DNA of 63,994 bases, the filler included, from Streblomastix strix (Eukaryota), in assembly GCA_008636045.1 (NCBI GenBank). It is 4 parts of 4 records of this genome, joined end to end, with 100 filler letters (N's around TTAATTAATTAA, not from the genome) between each part and the next. Parts side by side here need not be neighbours in the genome. Positions count along the whole stretch, not along the records: positions 48,467 to 63,994 come from SNRW01000970.1; 3 more parts are not named here. The stretch is one strand, 5' to 3'. Shown here piece after piece: positions 60,586-63,994 of this stretch (position 1 is the first letter of the stretch; each line of letters starts with the position of its first letter). The notes under the pieces were generated by a model, which saw only the letters and a program-made list of their open reading frames with translations, was not told where the DNA came from and did no database searches. The translations under genes were made by a program, and so were the position numbers.

Positions 60586-60784
60586 TCATTCGTGATAGTA
60601 AGGATAAACTTCGAAGTCCTGATAAAGTATTCGACCTTCGAAGTCATAATGCAGAGGCCTGTAGCAATGCTCACAGAAAAAGAAAGGATCCTCAGTAGCC
60701 ATTCTATCGTTATAAGTTACATATCGAGCAGGAAATATATCACAGATTTTACTTTTTCTTCTTCAATTCTTTAATTGAAGAAAA
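60586..60784 (-). pseudogene. SNAPC3: Orphan last exon of SNAPc subunit SNAP50 (C-terminal Zn finger)
   Basis: LKN*RRKSKICDIFPARYVTYNDRMATEDPFFFCEHCYRPLHYDFEGRILYQDFEVYPYYHE then TGA. Preceded by a TTTAG acceptor. Internal TGA at 60763-60765, and the first Cys is replaced by Ser. Confidence 0.85.
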
Positions 60785-60961
60785 CTAAATTATCATATAA
60801 ATTTTGTAATTTGGATGAAAATAAAATAGATATTTATAAAATATGTATAATGATATAGGAAAACAATGTTTTATTATAGAATTAACATTTAAAAATAAAA
60901 ATTAATACAAGATGTTTATCAATGAATAATAAAGATATTAATAGTATATTTTGGATAAAAA

Positions 60962-63520
<2,559 letters not shown>

Positions 63521-63546
63521 TAGAATAAGCTTAATTAAATTAAATC

Positions 63547-63994
63547 AGAAAATTAATAATAATAAATATAATATATTATACAGTGCAAATTAAAACGCAA
63601 ATAATTCGCGCTTTTAGTGAAAAATATATTTGTGTTGTGTTCTTGGACTGTGATATTTGGGAGAATGTTAAATGTGGTGTTATTTTTAGGCTGAATATAT
63701 TTTTGTTTAATTGATTGATTAAACATATATTATACTATTCAAATTAAAACAAAAAAGTCAATTTTCTTGAATTTTTTAATAATCTTATGGAGTCTTTCCA
63801 ATGTTAAATATTTATGTTCAAATTATTCGCGCTGTGAATATGTGAGAAAATAAATATGTTTCATAACAATACTATTTGTAGTCTAATAAATATCGAGGTA
63901 CATTAATGATTTAATCAATTCTGATTGGTATTTGTTTCTTATTCCTATTCTTATTTATTGACAATGGATACGTGTGGTGATGAGTAAATATGCA
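63547..63994. repeat. Direct repeat copy 2, runs off the window
   Basis: Near-identical to 60029-60477. Confidence 0.95.

Noticed and set aside
60463..60774. Plus-strand ORF with a WKWKWK repeat
   Set aside because: It is antisense to the SNAPC3 exon and a GGAAAT microsatellite in its 3' flank.

Overview
This is very AT-rich eukaryotic (protist) DNA: four unrelated ~16 kb contigs (1-16066, 16167-32216, 32317-48366, 48467-63994) joined by artificial N44-TTAATTAATTAA-N44 spacers. It uses a non-standard nuclear code (TAA/TAG = Gln, TGA the only stop), so the supplied ORF track is mostly fragments and shadow ORFs. Code, introns and composition fit an oxymonad such as Streblomastix (inference). 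Contigs 2 and 4 hold host genes: RBM8A/Y14, a ZSWIM2-like SWIM-RING-ZZ-RING ligase, a large polyQ protein, an M1 aminopeptidase 3' end, exosome RRP42, farnesyltransferase beta, a TFIIIC90-like protein, an orphan SNAPC3 exon and a GCK-III STE20 kinase. Contigs 1 and 3 are dominated by Polinton/Maverick-like endogenous elements written in the host code. Element A has pPolB, integrase, fibers, packaging ATPase and capsid genes. Element C has pPolB, integrase and an adjacent primase-helicase. Two things stand out. First, a third family (B), reconstructed from two copies, looks like a minimal ~6.5 kb TIR-bounded element encoding only a small ORF and a >1679-aa pPolB with IQ-like motifs, an OTU-like protease and an inserted HNH nuclease, with no integrase or capsid. 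Second, the rve integrases of A and C both have a D-D(35)-D triad instead of D-D(35)-E. All translations and alignments were done by hand, and coordinates of degenerate genes are approximate.
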